DNA from: Lama glama
Lineage: Eukaryota
Direction of reading: 5' to 3'
DNA: 64,000 nt
Assembly (NCBI GenBank): GCA_028534125.1
Contig: CM052832.1
Location: forward strand, 9,426,001 to 9,490,000
Each line of letters opens with the position of its first letter. Within the stretch, counting starts at the first letter, position 1. Below the pieces are notes generated by a model, which saw nothing but the letters and a program-made list of their open reading frames with translations, was not told where the DNA came from and did not search any database. Shown piece after piece: positions 13,089 to 26,400 of the stretch. The translations under genes were made by a program, and so were the position numbers.

Positions 13089-13158
<70 letters not shown>

Positions 13159-13227
13159 TTCCTTCCTTCCTTCCTTCCTTCCTTCCTTCCTTCCTTCCTT
13201 CCTTCCTTCCTTCCTTTCTTCCTTTCT
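13009..13227. repeat. Compound (TTTC)n-(TTCC)n microsatellite
   Basis: Directly visible, about 219 nt of pyrimidines only. Confidence 0.98.
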
Positions 13228-14589
13228 GCATTTATTTAATATATTGAAGTAGCTATTTAGAAATTGTAGAATTTCATGTCTGGTAATGGCAGAATCTGAA
13301 ATCTGATTCTGCTCTCTGTTGTTTCTGCTGGCTAGTACTCACAGTGCCTTGTTTCCTTGTTGGTGTTACTTTCTGTGAGCTGCTTATTTTCTTTGGAACT
13401 TTACCTTTGGTAATTTTTTGAGGTATGGATTGAAGTTGATTTTTCTAGAGAGGTTTTGCATTAACTTCTGCTAGTTGCCTGGAGGCATTCCTAACCAAAA
13501 ACCACTTTAAATGAATTTCCTACCTAAAGCTTTTCTGGTGACATAAGTAGCATGAAATCAAACTGCAAACCTGTGTGAGGTCCAACTTACGGGTTCAGAT
13601 TTCTACCCAGCCCAAAGTCAGGTTTCCTTGTAGACTCTTCTGTGTTAAGGGTCTTTTTCTCATGCACTGAGGGTGGAGCCTTTTGGAGGCCCAGTTTTAT
13701 AAAGGACCTCAGCTTTTTCTTGTGTTTCCTGAATGCTCTGTGGCTCTTGTGGGAAACTTAGAACCTGTAGAGTTCAGGAAGAGCCCTCAAGGCTAAAGAC
13801 AGCTTTGCTGCTAGCTTACATCCAAGGTTCCTGCTTTTGGTTTTATTTTTGGTCTTCGAAGAATCCTTCCATTTATACCAGTCCACCAGTGTGCATACAG
13901 TTTTTATATTTTAAATTTTATCTAGCATGTTAGTTGTTTCAGTTGGGAAGGTCAGGTAGGGGTATCTGGTCTGCCGTGTTGCCAGAAAGTCTGTCTCCTT
14001 TCTTCTCCGCCACAGTAGCCCTGTGGGTAGGAATTACTATTCCTTGTTGACGGAAGAGTGAACCAAGACTCAGAAAGGACATGTAACTGGCTGTAGTCAC
14101 AGGGCTAGCAGGTGACAGACCGGGAAGGGAGTATGCCCCTATCCTATCCCCCTTTCCCACTGTTGCTCTCCCAAAAATAACTGTTGACCATTTTTGGGGG
14201 ATTCACTTTAGCTCAAAAAGGATATAAGTTCCTCCAGAATGCTTTAAATAGCTGGACAGCTTTACAAAATTTGTTTACAAATCTATTGTTTATCTTCCTC
14301 GAGAGAGGAAATGGCTTCTGCATATTTTGTGGCTTATTTCTCCTGTGGTCACCAGCAACTTTCCTGCTTCATTCCCACTTGGCAAAGACCTCCCGGACCC
14401 TCAGCCAGATCTCAAGTGCACCTCCTCCAGACCCCAGCTTCCTCTTGTCCTCGTGTTCTCTCCTCACTGTCTTCCCTTCCCTGTGCCTCCTTTCTGCACC
14501 CCCAACCCCGTCCTTCCTGCTGATGGTTTTCCTGTCTCCAGCTGGTGTACCTTTCATCAGAGGGGAGGCCACAGAGCACATAGAGTTTT

Positions 14590-14800
14590 CGGGCTTTGAG
14601 GGCAGGAGAAAGAGCTGAGTTTGAACCTAGCTCTGCTGCTCAGTAGCTTCATCTCTGAGCTTCAGTTTCTTCATCTGCAACATGGGGACCATAGACAGAG
14701 CTGTTCCAAGGACTAAATGAGACATGATGTGTGTATGCAGAGCTTGTAACAGGAGCTTGGAGTGTCACAGCACTTGGTTCAGGGTAGTCAGTACTATTAT
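14590..14800 (+). mobile_element. MIR SINE
   Basis: ctgagtttgaacctagctctgc ... tctctgagcttcagtttcttcatctgcaacatgggg. Confidence 0.7.
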
Positions 14801-15734
14801 GACTGAGAACAGACCCCTTCAAGGCTCATGCCCTTGTTCAGTGATGCGCTCATGTTGACAGAGCTGGTTTATGAAATGTGATGGAAATGAAGGCAGAAAT
14901 CTAGGGTCAGTGTGGGATTCCCAGCCTCACTGAGGTGTTTTATTTTTGCTTGTTTTTTTTTTAAATAATCTGAGGGGAGACAGAACATACTGGTCTGGCC
15001 TGTTTGCACAGACTACAAACCATGGGTTCTAGAAATGGGGCGCCTCAGCATCTCTGCCCTCCCTCCCTCCAAGATGTTCCCTTATCATGGAGCCATGAGG
15101 GGGCTGGAGCCTCAAGACACCACTTGCTGGGGAGTTTTCCCTGGTGGAGTCCCCAGGTCGATGGATGGTGCATCCGTTCTGCTGGACACGTGGCTAGGAG
15201 GGGCAGGATGGTGGTCTTCACTGTCCATTTTACTTCCATTTTTATAGCTGACATGACTCCTTTTTATTTCACACACTCCCTTCTCGTAAGTGGCTTAATA
15301 TTACACTCAAATTGGTGTCACTTCCTGATTTGATATCTATCAGGCAACAACTTTTTCAACACCTGCTATTTGTAGTGACTAGGCTTTGTACATTGGGCAA
15401 GTGTTATTAAAAAATGGGTAGAGTTGCCGTGATCCTAAAACTATTCAGAAAAATAGTCTATTCATTTAAAAAAGATTTGATAACCAAAAAAATGCATAAA
15501 GAATCAAACACCTTCATAAGATTAAGTGCCAGGTATTCAGAGTAGGTTTCCAAGGGCAACAGCCTTGTGCCCTTGAGTGGTCAGGGAAGGCTTCCTGGGG
15601 GAGACTGGAGGAGGCTGGAAGAAGGAGATTGGAGCTGACCCCATGGTGCAGGTAGGGTGAGGGGCTGGAAAAGGAAATTTGAACATTGTGAGTGTAGAAG
15701 TGATCTGAACTGAGGTTTAGAGATGGGCATTCTC

Positions 15735-15895
15735 TAGAGCCAGTGAGACCCAGTGCAGTACTTCTAGCCCCACAGATGGCCTCTGTGGCCCCTCTTGGAC
15801 AGCCACCTTCATTAGCATATCAAATGCCCTGAGAAGTCCTGCAGTTAAAATTTGACTGTGTTTCACCAGGTTTCCCAACTGTGTTTGATCACTCA
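15735..15895. mobile_element. MER103-like hAT-Charlie fragment
   Basis: cattagcatatcaaatgccctgagaagtcctgcagt. A related copy in the opposite orientation lies at about 35890-35985. Confidence 0.55.
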
Positions 15896-16691
15896 TGGCC
15901 ATTGAACGCGTTGGTCTTGAATGGATTTGCATTTGCCTTTTTGTCTCTCTAACAAATGCTACCAACTCACTTGTGCAAAACAGGGATTGGCAACTTTCTC
16001 TAAAAATTCAGTCTGTGAGGATCAAAAAATTATTTGGAGTCAATCATGTGTCTTTTTCCAAGTGTGGCTCAAATATCTAGAAAGGTGGGGATTTCTAGGA
16101 CCCTGAGCATTGATGTTGTTGCACCAGGGTGGGGCTGACCCCCCAGAGAATGTCGACTTCTCCACCTAGCTGAGGGGCCAGGCCCAACCCCACCCCGTCC
16201 CACCCCTGCCTGCAAACCTCAAAGTCTATTAACAGCCTCGCTCCAGATAATGATTCATGCTTCCTGTCCCTCCTCCATTCTAGTTACTCAGAGCTGTGAG
16301 CCAAGATTGATTACTTACACCATCCAACTGGCCTTGCCCATGGGGCACTCCACTGGTAGATTAAATATTCTTTATTGGGCAACACCCCACATTGAGTTCT
16401 CATTGTCGGCCAAGTCCTACACAGTGAAACAAGGGGTTGTCCCAGAGGCAGATGTGGAAACCATTTCTAGAACTGGGAAGTCAGGACACATCATGTCCAG
16501 ACTATGTGAGGTGTTCAGGGAGCCTAAGTTACTGTAATTGTAGAGACAAGGAGGTGCTCCAGGTAAAGGACTCATGTTTCCACGACCACATAAAAGGCAA
16601 TGGAAATGGATTCTTAACTGAATCTTTAAGTGCTTCTTTGTAGCCTGACCATCAGCTCCTTCTTGCTTTTGAGCGATCTTGGTTCTAAAAA

Positions 16692-16832
16692 TTTTTTTCA
16701 TTAATTTATTCTGGGGGTCCTTGATTTTATTTATTTGTTTGTTTGTTCGTTTAGTAGCAGTATTGGGGATTGAACCTAGGACCTCTTACATTCTAAGCAT
16801 GCACTCTGCCACTGAGCTATACCTACCCCCCC
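16692..16832 (-). mobile_element. tRNA-Ala-derived SINE (vic-1-like, camelid)
   Basis: The minus strand reads gggtaggtatagctcagtggcagagtgcatgcttagaatg...ctaggttcaatccccaa, followed by an A-rich tail. Confidence 0.85.
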
Positions 16833-19800
16833 AAAAAAAATTTTAATAATCTTTATTATTACTAGTCATATAGATTATTCTATTTTTAAAAAAATTAAAA
16901 CACCATAGCTGGAGCTGAAGTCTGCTCTGATAACCTCCCACTCACTCACTTCCCTTTTCCAAAATACGGCAGAATTAACAGTGGCATCCAGGTGCCCTGA
17001 CTCCCAGTGTTCTTTCTCCACCAAGGGGCTAGGATCTTTAGGGAGTGGGTGTCAGTGGTGGAAAACCTTACTGCCCCAATATCCTGCCTCAGAATTGGTT
17101 TGTGTCCCTGAGATGGGCAGGGCCTGGGAGGTTCATCTAGCTGAGCCTTGGCAGGTCAGAGCCAGCGGGACCTCCTTGTAGCCCCCTCAGGCCCAGCCTC
17201 CTCCTCCTTCTGCAGAAGCTGAGTCTGAGGTGTGAGAAGGGGAAGTCATTTACCCAGCAAGATTACAGGGCCAGTCTCCTTTTTCTGCTGGGCCCAGGTT
17301 ATCTTTCTATTGGGTTTGCATTTCCTGAATACGCAGCAACTGGGTAGGGGGTGGGGGTGGAGGGCAGGGGAAGTGGGCTCAGAAGAACCCGGTCTGAGAA
17401 TGTTTAAATTTCCTGAGTGTCCCGTGAAGAGGGAGATAATCTGTGTGCACGTGATGGAGAGGAGAGGGGGAGCCTTGGTTTCGGTCCAGAGGACTGAGGA
17501 GGAAGGGGAAAGGAGAACAAAGGGGAACTATTAAGGAGGCTGTGACTTTTTTTTCAGTGGAAGAGAAATAAACAGGAGTTTGTTTCTTTGTGTTTCCGTG
17601 ATGCCTTCTTGTTTGTGTTTTTGGAGAACACTCGAGTCACGTGGTGGTTCTCATCTTGTTTTCATGGTGATCGTTTGTGGTTGTGGGGGGCGGGGGGACC
17701 TCTTTGGTCCAGGATCTGTGACCTCAGGTCTTACCTCCCTCTGGTTGGCTTCCTCCCAGCACGTGTGAGCCTTTGGAAATCTCTACCTCCCTTAGAGCTT
17801 CCAGAACTTATTAGCTCAAAATGGGAGTATCACTTCTGGCTGGATCCGCCTCACAGAAGAGCATCGGTAGTGATGGATCCCCCAAAGTGTGAAGGGTTGG
17901 CCTCACATTCCCCCCAACTGCTGGGGGGCCAGTAAGAATCTCGTTTGCCCATCATCGAGCGGCAGATGTTAGCCACCAAGGTCACCCCAGGCCTGCTTCC
18001 CTGGGCCAGCCCTGCCAGACAGTGTGTCTGAAGTCCCTTCCAGGGGGCCGTGGTATAAGCAGACGAACTGAAAGTAAGGAAACGGCAGCTCTGGACAGAG
18101 TTACTGCCAATTTCCTGGAATCTGAGAGCTGGGGGCCGCCTTGAAACAGGAAAGGAAGTAGACTATCTCCTTATCTGAGTTCGTGGAGGGAATGAAATGT
18201 CTCTTTCTGGGTAACTGGGGCGCACCCCTTTCAACTCTTTGCTTTAACAGTAACCACAAGTATTCCTAAGCTTTAGGTGGCCACTAAATGATGACTTCTC
18301 TTTCCCTCTCCTGGGGTCTTGAACAGCTTGAGAGTCAGACCCCAGAGAGCAGAACGCCCCCTTCATTACCAATAACCACACTGGAGAACTCGGCCTGACC
18401 TGCGGACACCGAGTCCCTCTAAGGCACCTCTGAGTTGCACTGACCCGTAGAGAACCATCGGCCTCCCTCACAGCAGCTGAGCTGCCCCAGAAAGCATCCT
18501 TCAGCAATGAGCAGATCACGTAAGCATCTGCATTCTCCGGCTTCTTTCTCTGCCTGGTGAACAGTGTACTAGGTGTATGTTAGCCTTTCCATGGTGACCC
18601 TGGGTCTTCGTTACGGAGAAGGGTGAATGTGCTCTGATGCAGCGGTGTTTTCGGAGCGGGTATCAGAGTGAGGTTGACCATTCCTACACCCGACGGCCCA
18701 CGCGGCTGTGGTTTTTCTCTCTTCCTTACCACGTCCACTGCTAGCCGGTCCTGCCCCTGAGCACCGTGCTGTGCACTGAAACAAAGGGAGGGCTGGAGTT
18801 GCCCAGGAAACAAATAACCAAACCTATTCAATCATGCCTGAGTCATTGAGCCTGATCTAAACTGTACCCAAGTCAAAACAAAACAACAGAAACCCCCCCC
18901 AGGCGGTGAGACTTTGTGAGTCCTCCCTGGGCCCCACGCATGTCCTGAACATTGTCCTGTTCGATCTTCACCAGAAACCTAGAGCAATTAGGTGTCATTC
19001 TTCCTTGTTGACAGATGTCAAAACTGAGGCTCTCCCAAACCCAGAAAAGATGAGATCGGCCTGCCTGGTTCTCACTTTGCTGGTGGAACATTGCGACTTG
19101 AACCCTGGTCTTCAGTCTCCAGAACCCAGTGCTTTGGGTATTTCCCGTCAGGAGAACACCGGCCACAGAATCCATTTGTTTCTCTCCAGTGAGAAGTTCC
19201 TGAGGAGTTAAAAAAAAAAAAAAGGTTCCCACATAGCTGGAGCGTAGCCCTTTAAACCAAGAAAGGGGAAGTTTTTCGATGTAAAGTGCGTCAGCTTCTT
19301 TGTCATACTTCCAAGTTCAGGGTTACAGGCTAGAGGGTTGAAGACTGCTAGGAGGTGATGGCCAGGTTCTGTGCCAGGCTGTCAGCCAGCTCTCCCGGAC
19401 CCTTCAGAACCTGGGGAGAGCTGCGGGCATCTGACGAGGGGAAGTAGCTTCGTGCTACTCAGGTCTGAGACGAGTGAACCAGGGACGCGGCGCCATAACA
19501 GAGGATCTGAGGCATCCAAAGGCTGGAGGCCTAACCCTTTGTCACAGTTGTGTGGCCTTGGACACATCATCCCCTGCATGGGAAGTTCTTCATCTTTGAA
19601 ACAGAGAAAACAATTCTGACCTCACTGGCTTGTTGTGGGGACAAAATAAAATAGTGGATGTCACTGCTTTTGTCCAGTGCTTTCCAGAATGTTATTGTTG
19701 GCCTTGAGGACAAGCACACCCTCCCACGAACTCCTCAGTGTCCCCACCAGAGACTCCACACTGGGCCAGAGGATTTGTGGCTGTAGCCCCCGGGGCCAGG

Positions 19801-20903
19801 TCTGCTCCTGGGCTCCACTGACTCAGGCAGACATACCCCATGGCCACCAGGGCCGGTGACTCCCCATGTCAGCCCTGATCTCCTAGTCCCCGGGCTGTTG
19901 GAGATATGGAGCCACGAGCTTCCCACTCTTCTGTTCAACAAAAGACAAGAAAGGAGAAAAAAAGAAAACTTGATTTTCTTTAACCTGTGGCTTTTTTTCC
20001 TTTCTGTCCTCCTTACTGTGAGTGGGATTGCCACTTAACTTTTTCTTTTAATTAAAAAAAAAGGACATTCTAGGTGATGGAACATAATATTTAGACATAC
20101 TGAAATGACAGCTGATGGGTGTGTTGTCAATACATCATCACCACAAATCATGTGGCAGGGGTTGGTGGGGAGGAGGTTTGTGTGTCTGTGTATGTGCACA
20201 AGCACATGGGAATTATTTTAAGTGACTGGGGAGGGTCCCATGACCCTTATGGAAAGCAGGTCCCGTGGAAGGTCAGCCACGGAAGATGGTCAGCCCTCTG
20301 AGAGTGGGAGGTTGGCTTCTATTGTGAATTGAGAGGTCTTTTGCATGTGAGCCGGAGGAAGCAAAGGCCTCCCCTTTCTCTTTCCCTCCCTGTCTGTGTC
20401 CTTTGCACCCAGTGGATGCCCGGTACTCTGCTGACCCCCGTAGACACAGTAGGGGGGGCACCCCTTAGAAGAGGTCCCAGTCTGATGGTGGAGGCAGTTA
20501 AAGTGCTGGGACTGGTGTGCGAAGTGGTGTAACAAAGACAAGCAGCCTGAGCCCAGGGCTGTTCCCGCCTGCCCTCCAAGCATTCTTCCTCTTGCCCCTG
20601 CCGTCACTTACCGCCTGTGGTCCTTGGAGCACTCGGCCCAGCTGCCTCTATGACAGCTCCTGTTGTAGCTCTCAGAGTGAAACTGAGCTTTCGCGGAGGT
20701 CCATGTCTCCACAGATGCAAATCTAGGTGTCACCTTGACTCTTCACCCCTCACACCCCCATGCCCATCTCAGCACTAAGTCCTGTTAGGGTCACCCCCAA
20801 ATGCCCCTCCATCACTACCCACACCCAAACTGCCTTGCCTGGACTGTCGCAAAGCTGAGTGCCCCCCGTATCCTAGCACCCCCTCCTCTAGCCCGTTGTT
20901 CGA

Positions 20904-21263
20904 CAGAGGTCCACAAACTGCAATCCGTGGGCCAAATCCAGCCGCTGCCTGATTTTGTACAGCCTGTGAGCTAAAAATGGTTTCTGCTTATGGACATTGG
21001 ATGATATGGAACACTGACTTTGAACCCAATTAGGCAAAACGTTATCCCTCCAAAAAAATAATTCCATTCTTATCCCTAGATCTCTATTGCAGAAAACTGT
21101 ACTCAAATACTATTATGTTTTGTTTCCTCAAAAAATTTATATAAATGTGTTTTTTCTCTTATTATGTAAGTGTCTACATCATAGCTTCAATTTTGCCTCC
21201 CGACTGTGACACCTAAAATGTATACTATCTGGCCCTTTACAGAGAAAGTTTGCTGACTCCTGG
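20904..21263. mobile_element. MER58-family hAT-Charlie MITE
   Basis: Termini cagaggtccacaaact...gggccaaatccagccgctgcctg and tctggccctttacagagaaagtttgctgactcctg. Confidence 0.8.
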
Positions 21264-21317
21264 TTTATCCTGCAGCCTTTTCAAAATGGAAATCTGATCA
21301 GTCACACATGCTTATGT

Positions 21318-21347
21318 ACACACACACACACATACACACACACACAC
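21318..21347. repeat. (CA)n microsatellite within an L2 fragment
   Basis: Directly visible. Confidence 0.9.
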
Positions 21348-23084
21348 TGCTCAAAACACTTTAATTGTTCCTCAGTGTTCTTAATATAAAGATAAAACTC
21401 CTTCCTTTCAAGAACCTGACATGGTCTGGCCTCTGCACCTTCTCCAGTTTCATCACCAAACTCCTTGATCCTCTGTTTTAGTTCCTCTGTCCACCATGTT
21501 CCCACCTGCCCCAGGGCCTTTGCCCGTGCTGTCTTTAACTTTGTCTGATAGGCAGATTTCCATACTCTATTTTCCCTCTTTAAGTCCTTCTCATCCTACA
21601 GGTTTCAGGATCGTGATTTCCACAGAGGATCCTTCCCTGATCTTTCTGCTGAGGTCTCAGCCCTCTTTTATAACCACTCATCAGTCATAGACTTAGATTT
21701 GTCATTGTCTGACACTCCCCTCTCCCTAGACTGCAAGCCCCTGACTCCACGAGAGCTGACACCATGTCATGTTCCCACTGTGCCTGGCACATAGTTAACA
21801 CTGAGTAAGTATTTTGTTACAATGAATGGCTGAGAATCAGGGAAGGTGTCATAAAAGATATGTCTGGACAGGAACTTAGAGGTTGGGAAGATGGAGAATG
21901 GGGAGAGAAGGACTTCAGGCAGAGGGACCAGTATTCTGGAGGTGTAGCTCCATGAGTGGGGGGCTCAGGGCAAGTATGGGTAAATGGATGGGTAAATCAC
22001 TGGAAAGAGAAGTGAGGCCAAATCATTCAGTGTCCCCTGTGCCAGGCTGAACTCTCTGGATGCTTCTCCTCTGGGCAGAGGGAGCATTGGCAGTTTGAAG
22101 CAGAGGAGTGATGTGGACCCAGCTGCTGGGTGGAAAGTAGGCTGGAAGGCACGGGGTTGTAAGAGGCAGGCCCAGCTGTTCAGAGGCTGTTCCGTGGACT
22201 GGGCACTGGGGTGAGAGGAGAGGGGTGGTCAGGGTATGCTACAGAGGAGCGGTCAACTGAAACCTATTTGATAGCCTATAAGAAAAGGGGGAGGTGAGCT
22301 CCTGGGGTCCAGGCTCCTTCAGCATCTGAGTGAAGAGAAAAGAGTCATTAAGGCAGAGGTGGAGGGGGTGAGCATTTGTTCAATGGTCAGGAAGTGGAGG
22401 TGGTAAACACCTACAGCGCCCTCTCTGTTCTCCGTGTGGCAGGTGAAGGCCATCTGCTGAGACCAAGGTTTTGGGGGTTCAGGTCTTAGGCTTTGGCCTC
22501 TTCCCCCTTTTGCAAGCAGAGGGTGCCACGTCCCCCCTAAACTGTTGGGAGGGCTCAGCTCAGTCAGGAGCAGCTGGGGGCTCAGGCTGGGGATTTATAT
22601 GCCAAACGGCTCCTCTGGGCGTTAAATGGGCACTTGAGGAGATCTTAGAGACATGTATTTCTTCATCCTTTTTCTGAAACGTGATGTCTAGATATCAGCT
22701 TTGTTGGAAATCCTACCCTGAAAGCCTTTGGGTAAAAAAGCTCTGCTCACTTCCAAAATTGTTCACCAAGGACCTACCCAACCCAGCTCTGCTGTGAGCA
22801 CCACAGGGAACCCAGCTCTCGGCCCCCAGAGGGTCTGACCCAGAGCATATAAATAACACGTAAAATGTATGAAGAATAGTGCAGGAAGGTGTGATTCCAT
22901 GACAGGATGCATTTTTGTAGTGTATTAAAGCTCACAAGGTACATTCACACACAGGTGCAGGGGTCTTCAACCAGCTCCTGCCTAACGACCTTCTCCCACA
23001 GCTCCCCAGACACCCACACACATCACACCCACTCCCACAAATGAAGGCGGGGCCACTTATGCTGAGGGAAACTTGTTACTGTAG

Positions 23085-23420
23085 GTGCATAATTTAATTA
23101 GGTGTGATGTAAGCTGATGACCTATGAATGCAAAAAAGAAAGAGAAGGGAAGTATCTATGAAAAGTAAGCTGAATGCTTTGGAGAAAATTTAAAAGCAAA
23201 TTTGCTGCCAAGTTAGGTGTGAGCAAGACAATTGTTGTAGACTGACACTAGAGGTGGTGAGATTATGAGGGTGTCAGAGGATTCTGCACCATAATTCCTC
23301 TACTAGTGTCCTTAACTTCTGGCTCCTTTTTGCAGAAAGGGAGCTGAAAAATGAGAGATTATGCATCATGAGGTGGTTTGTGCATAAAGACCAATGCACA
23401 GCCCTATTCAGCAGATGTGT
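23085..23420 (+). mobile_element. Decayed Tigger/pogo transposase fragment (N-terminal HTH/CENP-B-like region)
   Basis: Frameshifted relics from ATG 23124: MNAK.., SMKSKLNALE, IAxxLGVSKT-like, then WFV...PIS-like. These resemble Tigger transposase N-termini. Judged by eye only. Confidence 0.55.
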
Positions 23421-26400
23421 GAACCAAGCTCTGGACACCAGAAGTCCCTTTGGCTTGTTTCTTGCCTCCCAGAATTCAGGAGCCTGAGTATGGCCCTGTT
23501 GTCATTACCTGGGGTCACAGAAAGTTTTCTCTTTCTTTTTAACATCTGCGTAATACTCCACTGTATAGTTATTCCAGAATTCTTTTTAAGCAATCCCTTA
23601 TTGATAGGCATTTGGGATATTGTTGCTCTGGCTATTCCAGCAATACTGCAGTGTCTGTATGTCATTTGTATGTGTCATTTTTTTTTATGAGGCTCTGCTG
23701 TCACCAGCTTACTAGGAAGGGAATTCAGAACCCCTGGGTGGATAGCCGAAAGAAATTCTCAGAGGTTCATGGGGGGGTACATCTGGGAAGGTCTCATCAC
23801 AGAGTGTCATGGGACGTTGGCAAGGTAGTAAAGTGTGTTGGATGCAGGTTCCCATCCGGAGTGGTTGCCATGAGGGGCATGTGAAGGACTTGGCTGGGGG
23901 TTAGCACCCAGTACTTCCCATCAGTTTCGTTTTCCCTCTCTGTTTGCTTGGCTCCCTCTTAGTCCAGCTCATCAGCACAGCACTGGGTGTCTTTCCTGCT
24001 GTTCTCCCGACTGCAGCCACTGGCTGCAGTCAGTCTCCACGTGGGGCCTGAGGATGCCTGGGCAGTGTTGGGGACATTCTAAGGCTAGCGTCCTAGGCCT
24101 GATACTGGACCACATTGGCTTCCCGAGAAAGGGATTGTCTCCTTCACGCCCTGATCTTTAGCTGACCACACAGGGTTGATGTTTGACAGATGTGTTTGTT
24201 GCAATCTGGAAACCTCGAGTGGATCTGCTTTGGGCCAAACACTGCTCGTGGCACAGAGGAGAAGGCAGGGAGAGATGTAAAAAGAGAAATATTGAGACAC
24301 AGTTCTGCTCCTATAAAACCTAAAGTCTCGTGTTGGTTGAAAAGTAGATTTCTGGTCTGGTTGTGGTCTGAGGACTGGCCTGGAGAAGTGACGTTTCTCA
24401 CAAACAGAAGGACGCACGTCTGTGTCTATAGATGCTTTGTCCGAGGTTTGGTCCGCACTCTTCCCCGAGGTCCCCAGGCTCCAGGGGCTCCATTTCTGCC
24501 CTCTTGTTTCAGCTGCAGGGGATGCATCACTTCGGCCCTCTGGTGTTATAGCAGCCAAGGGAAGTTTTTGGAAAAAAGTCGAGACAGTGAGTTAATGGGG
24601 GCCAATGAGCAACAGGATATCTGTCTTGAGCAAATCCAGACAGGTTTGGGGGCTTCCCAGGAGGGATGTAAGGGATTACCGGTATGGGGAAGATGGGAGC
24701 AAATCCAGGAAAGGGCAGGATACCCTACTGATTACCTAAGGCCCCTCAGTAGCTGTCTGGTAGATGGAAGCTAACCTCTGTGGTCCTCCCAGCCCCACAC
24801 ACGGAACTTGAACAGCGGGAATCTCAGGTGAACGTTCACTTCCAACTTCATTCTGTAATACCTGAATTCTTAGAAGCATCTGAAAGTAAAGCACCCAGTT
24901 TTTCTCCATCTTGGCGTGCTGTGATTTGGAGCAGGACCCTCCTGATAAAACTGGTCCCGGCAGCTCCGTTGGCTTGCCTCCTGCAGGATGTCTTCCCGAT
25001 TCCATCCCTCTGTCTGTTCATCCTTTGCTTCCCCTCCCTGAGCAGCTTCCCACGGGCCCTGGGAGGCCACTTGGGGTGCTCCGAGAAGCCCCTCTCATCT
25101 GACTGAGAACGCTGGCCTCCCTTGGCACAGTGAAGGACAAAGGAGACAACGCCGTGGGGCAGCCATGCCACTGAATCAAACCTCGGTCTGTGGGCTACAA
25201 GGCGACAGGAAATGTGAGGGGGGCTGTGGGTCCCTCTGTCTGGCTTCACTGAGCAAGCACCTGTGCCAGGTGTGAGGCACAGTCTGGGTCCCAGGGATGA
25301 GCAAGAGGGGCCCCAGCTGCCCTCGGTGAGTCCACACCAGCTGGGAAGGTTGGGCGGAGTGAAGACGATCAGCCAGAACCCCTTCCACAGGGGCCTGGAG
25401 AAGGGAGCGACTCAGGAAGTGCTGCTGGGAAGGCCTCCAGCCCTGGACACCTGAGGACCCTCTGGCTTGTTTCTGTCCTCCCAGAATTCCCCGTATAGTC
25501 TTAGAAGTCTGAGCCAGAAGGGCCATGGGGATTGCTTGTCCATGTCCCCTTATCTTACAAGTGAAGAGCCTGGGGGCCGTGGCATTGCCATATGGTGGGG
25601 CCTGTGTGGACAGGAGGCCCAAGCATGGCTCTGACATCGTAACATGCGGTCACCCCCCAACCCCCCATATAAAACACAGGCAAGAGGGCCAAGGGAGACC
25701 CCAGACTCCCGAGCTCGAGAACCCCATGCAGTTATTTTACACACAAAGGAGCATTGCAGACTTTGCTACCCAGTGAACTGTGAGCTGTTTTTCAGAAAGA
25801 AGAGGGGTGGATCCTCCCCCACCCCCGAGGCACCTACTCCTCTCTGGGCCATGGGTGTCTAGGGGCATTTGTTTTTCACACAATCCAGTGTCTTCAAGGC
25901 CACAGACCAAAGCCAAGCCAGCTGCTCAGTTTGGGAACTGAACCCCTAACCATGCAGTCTGCCTGGAGTCATGGTGTGCGACTGTCTGCAGGGCTGGTGT
26001 GGCCCAGGTCCAGGGGAGCTGGCCACTCCCCTCCCGTCCCCTGCAGAGGAAGTGAGTCTGTACTGCTGACCTGCTGGAGGCCCTCTTGGCAGCTTGGCCC
26101 AGGGTGCTGGGTGTGACACTTGAGTGATGGGAATGAAGCCCTCGGGCACTTGAACTGTGTTTTCTTAGGTTTATATTTTGCTCTGATGTTGAGGGTGGGG
26201 GTCGAGGGGGTGGTTAAGGGGACCAGATATACCCGCCAGCCACCTCCCTTCCCCTCCATCTTCCCCACCATGCTCCCTGGGGCTGCATCAGAAAGAAGTC
26301 TCCTGTGATCTCCCAGCCCAGCCCAGCCGAGCCCAGCCCTACCCTGCCCAGGACAGCTCAGGGGATGGGGATCCTTTTCTTGGCTGCAGTCCCAAGGGCT

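Larger units (their letters stand above)
11120..13950 (-). mobile_element. Old, fragmented L1M-type LINE
   Basis: T-rich + strand with L1 ORF2/ORF1-like relics on the minus strand (TAIRPTANFSTATFRAR in the minus ORF 12372-12572). It is interrupted by a younger L1 and a microsatellite. Confidence 0.7.

Noticed and set aside
12946..13252. F/L/S-rich and K/E/R-rich ORFs
   Set aside because: They are translations of the TTTC/TTCC microsatellite.
26311..26339. (CCCAG)n run resembling immunoglobulin switch pentamers
   Set aside because: Only about five units, so an ordinary short tandem repeat.
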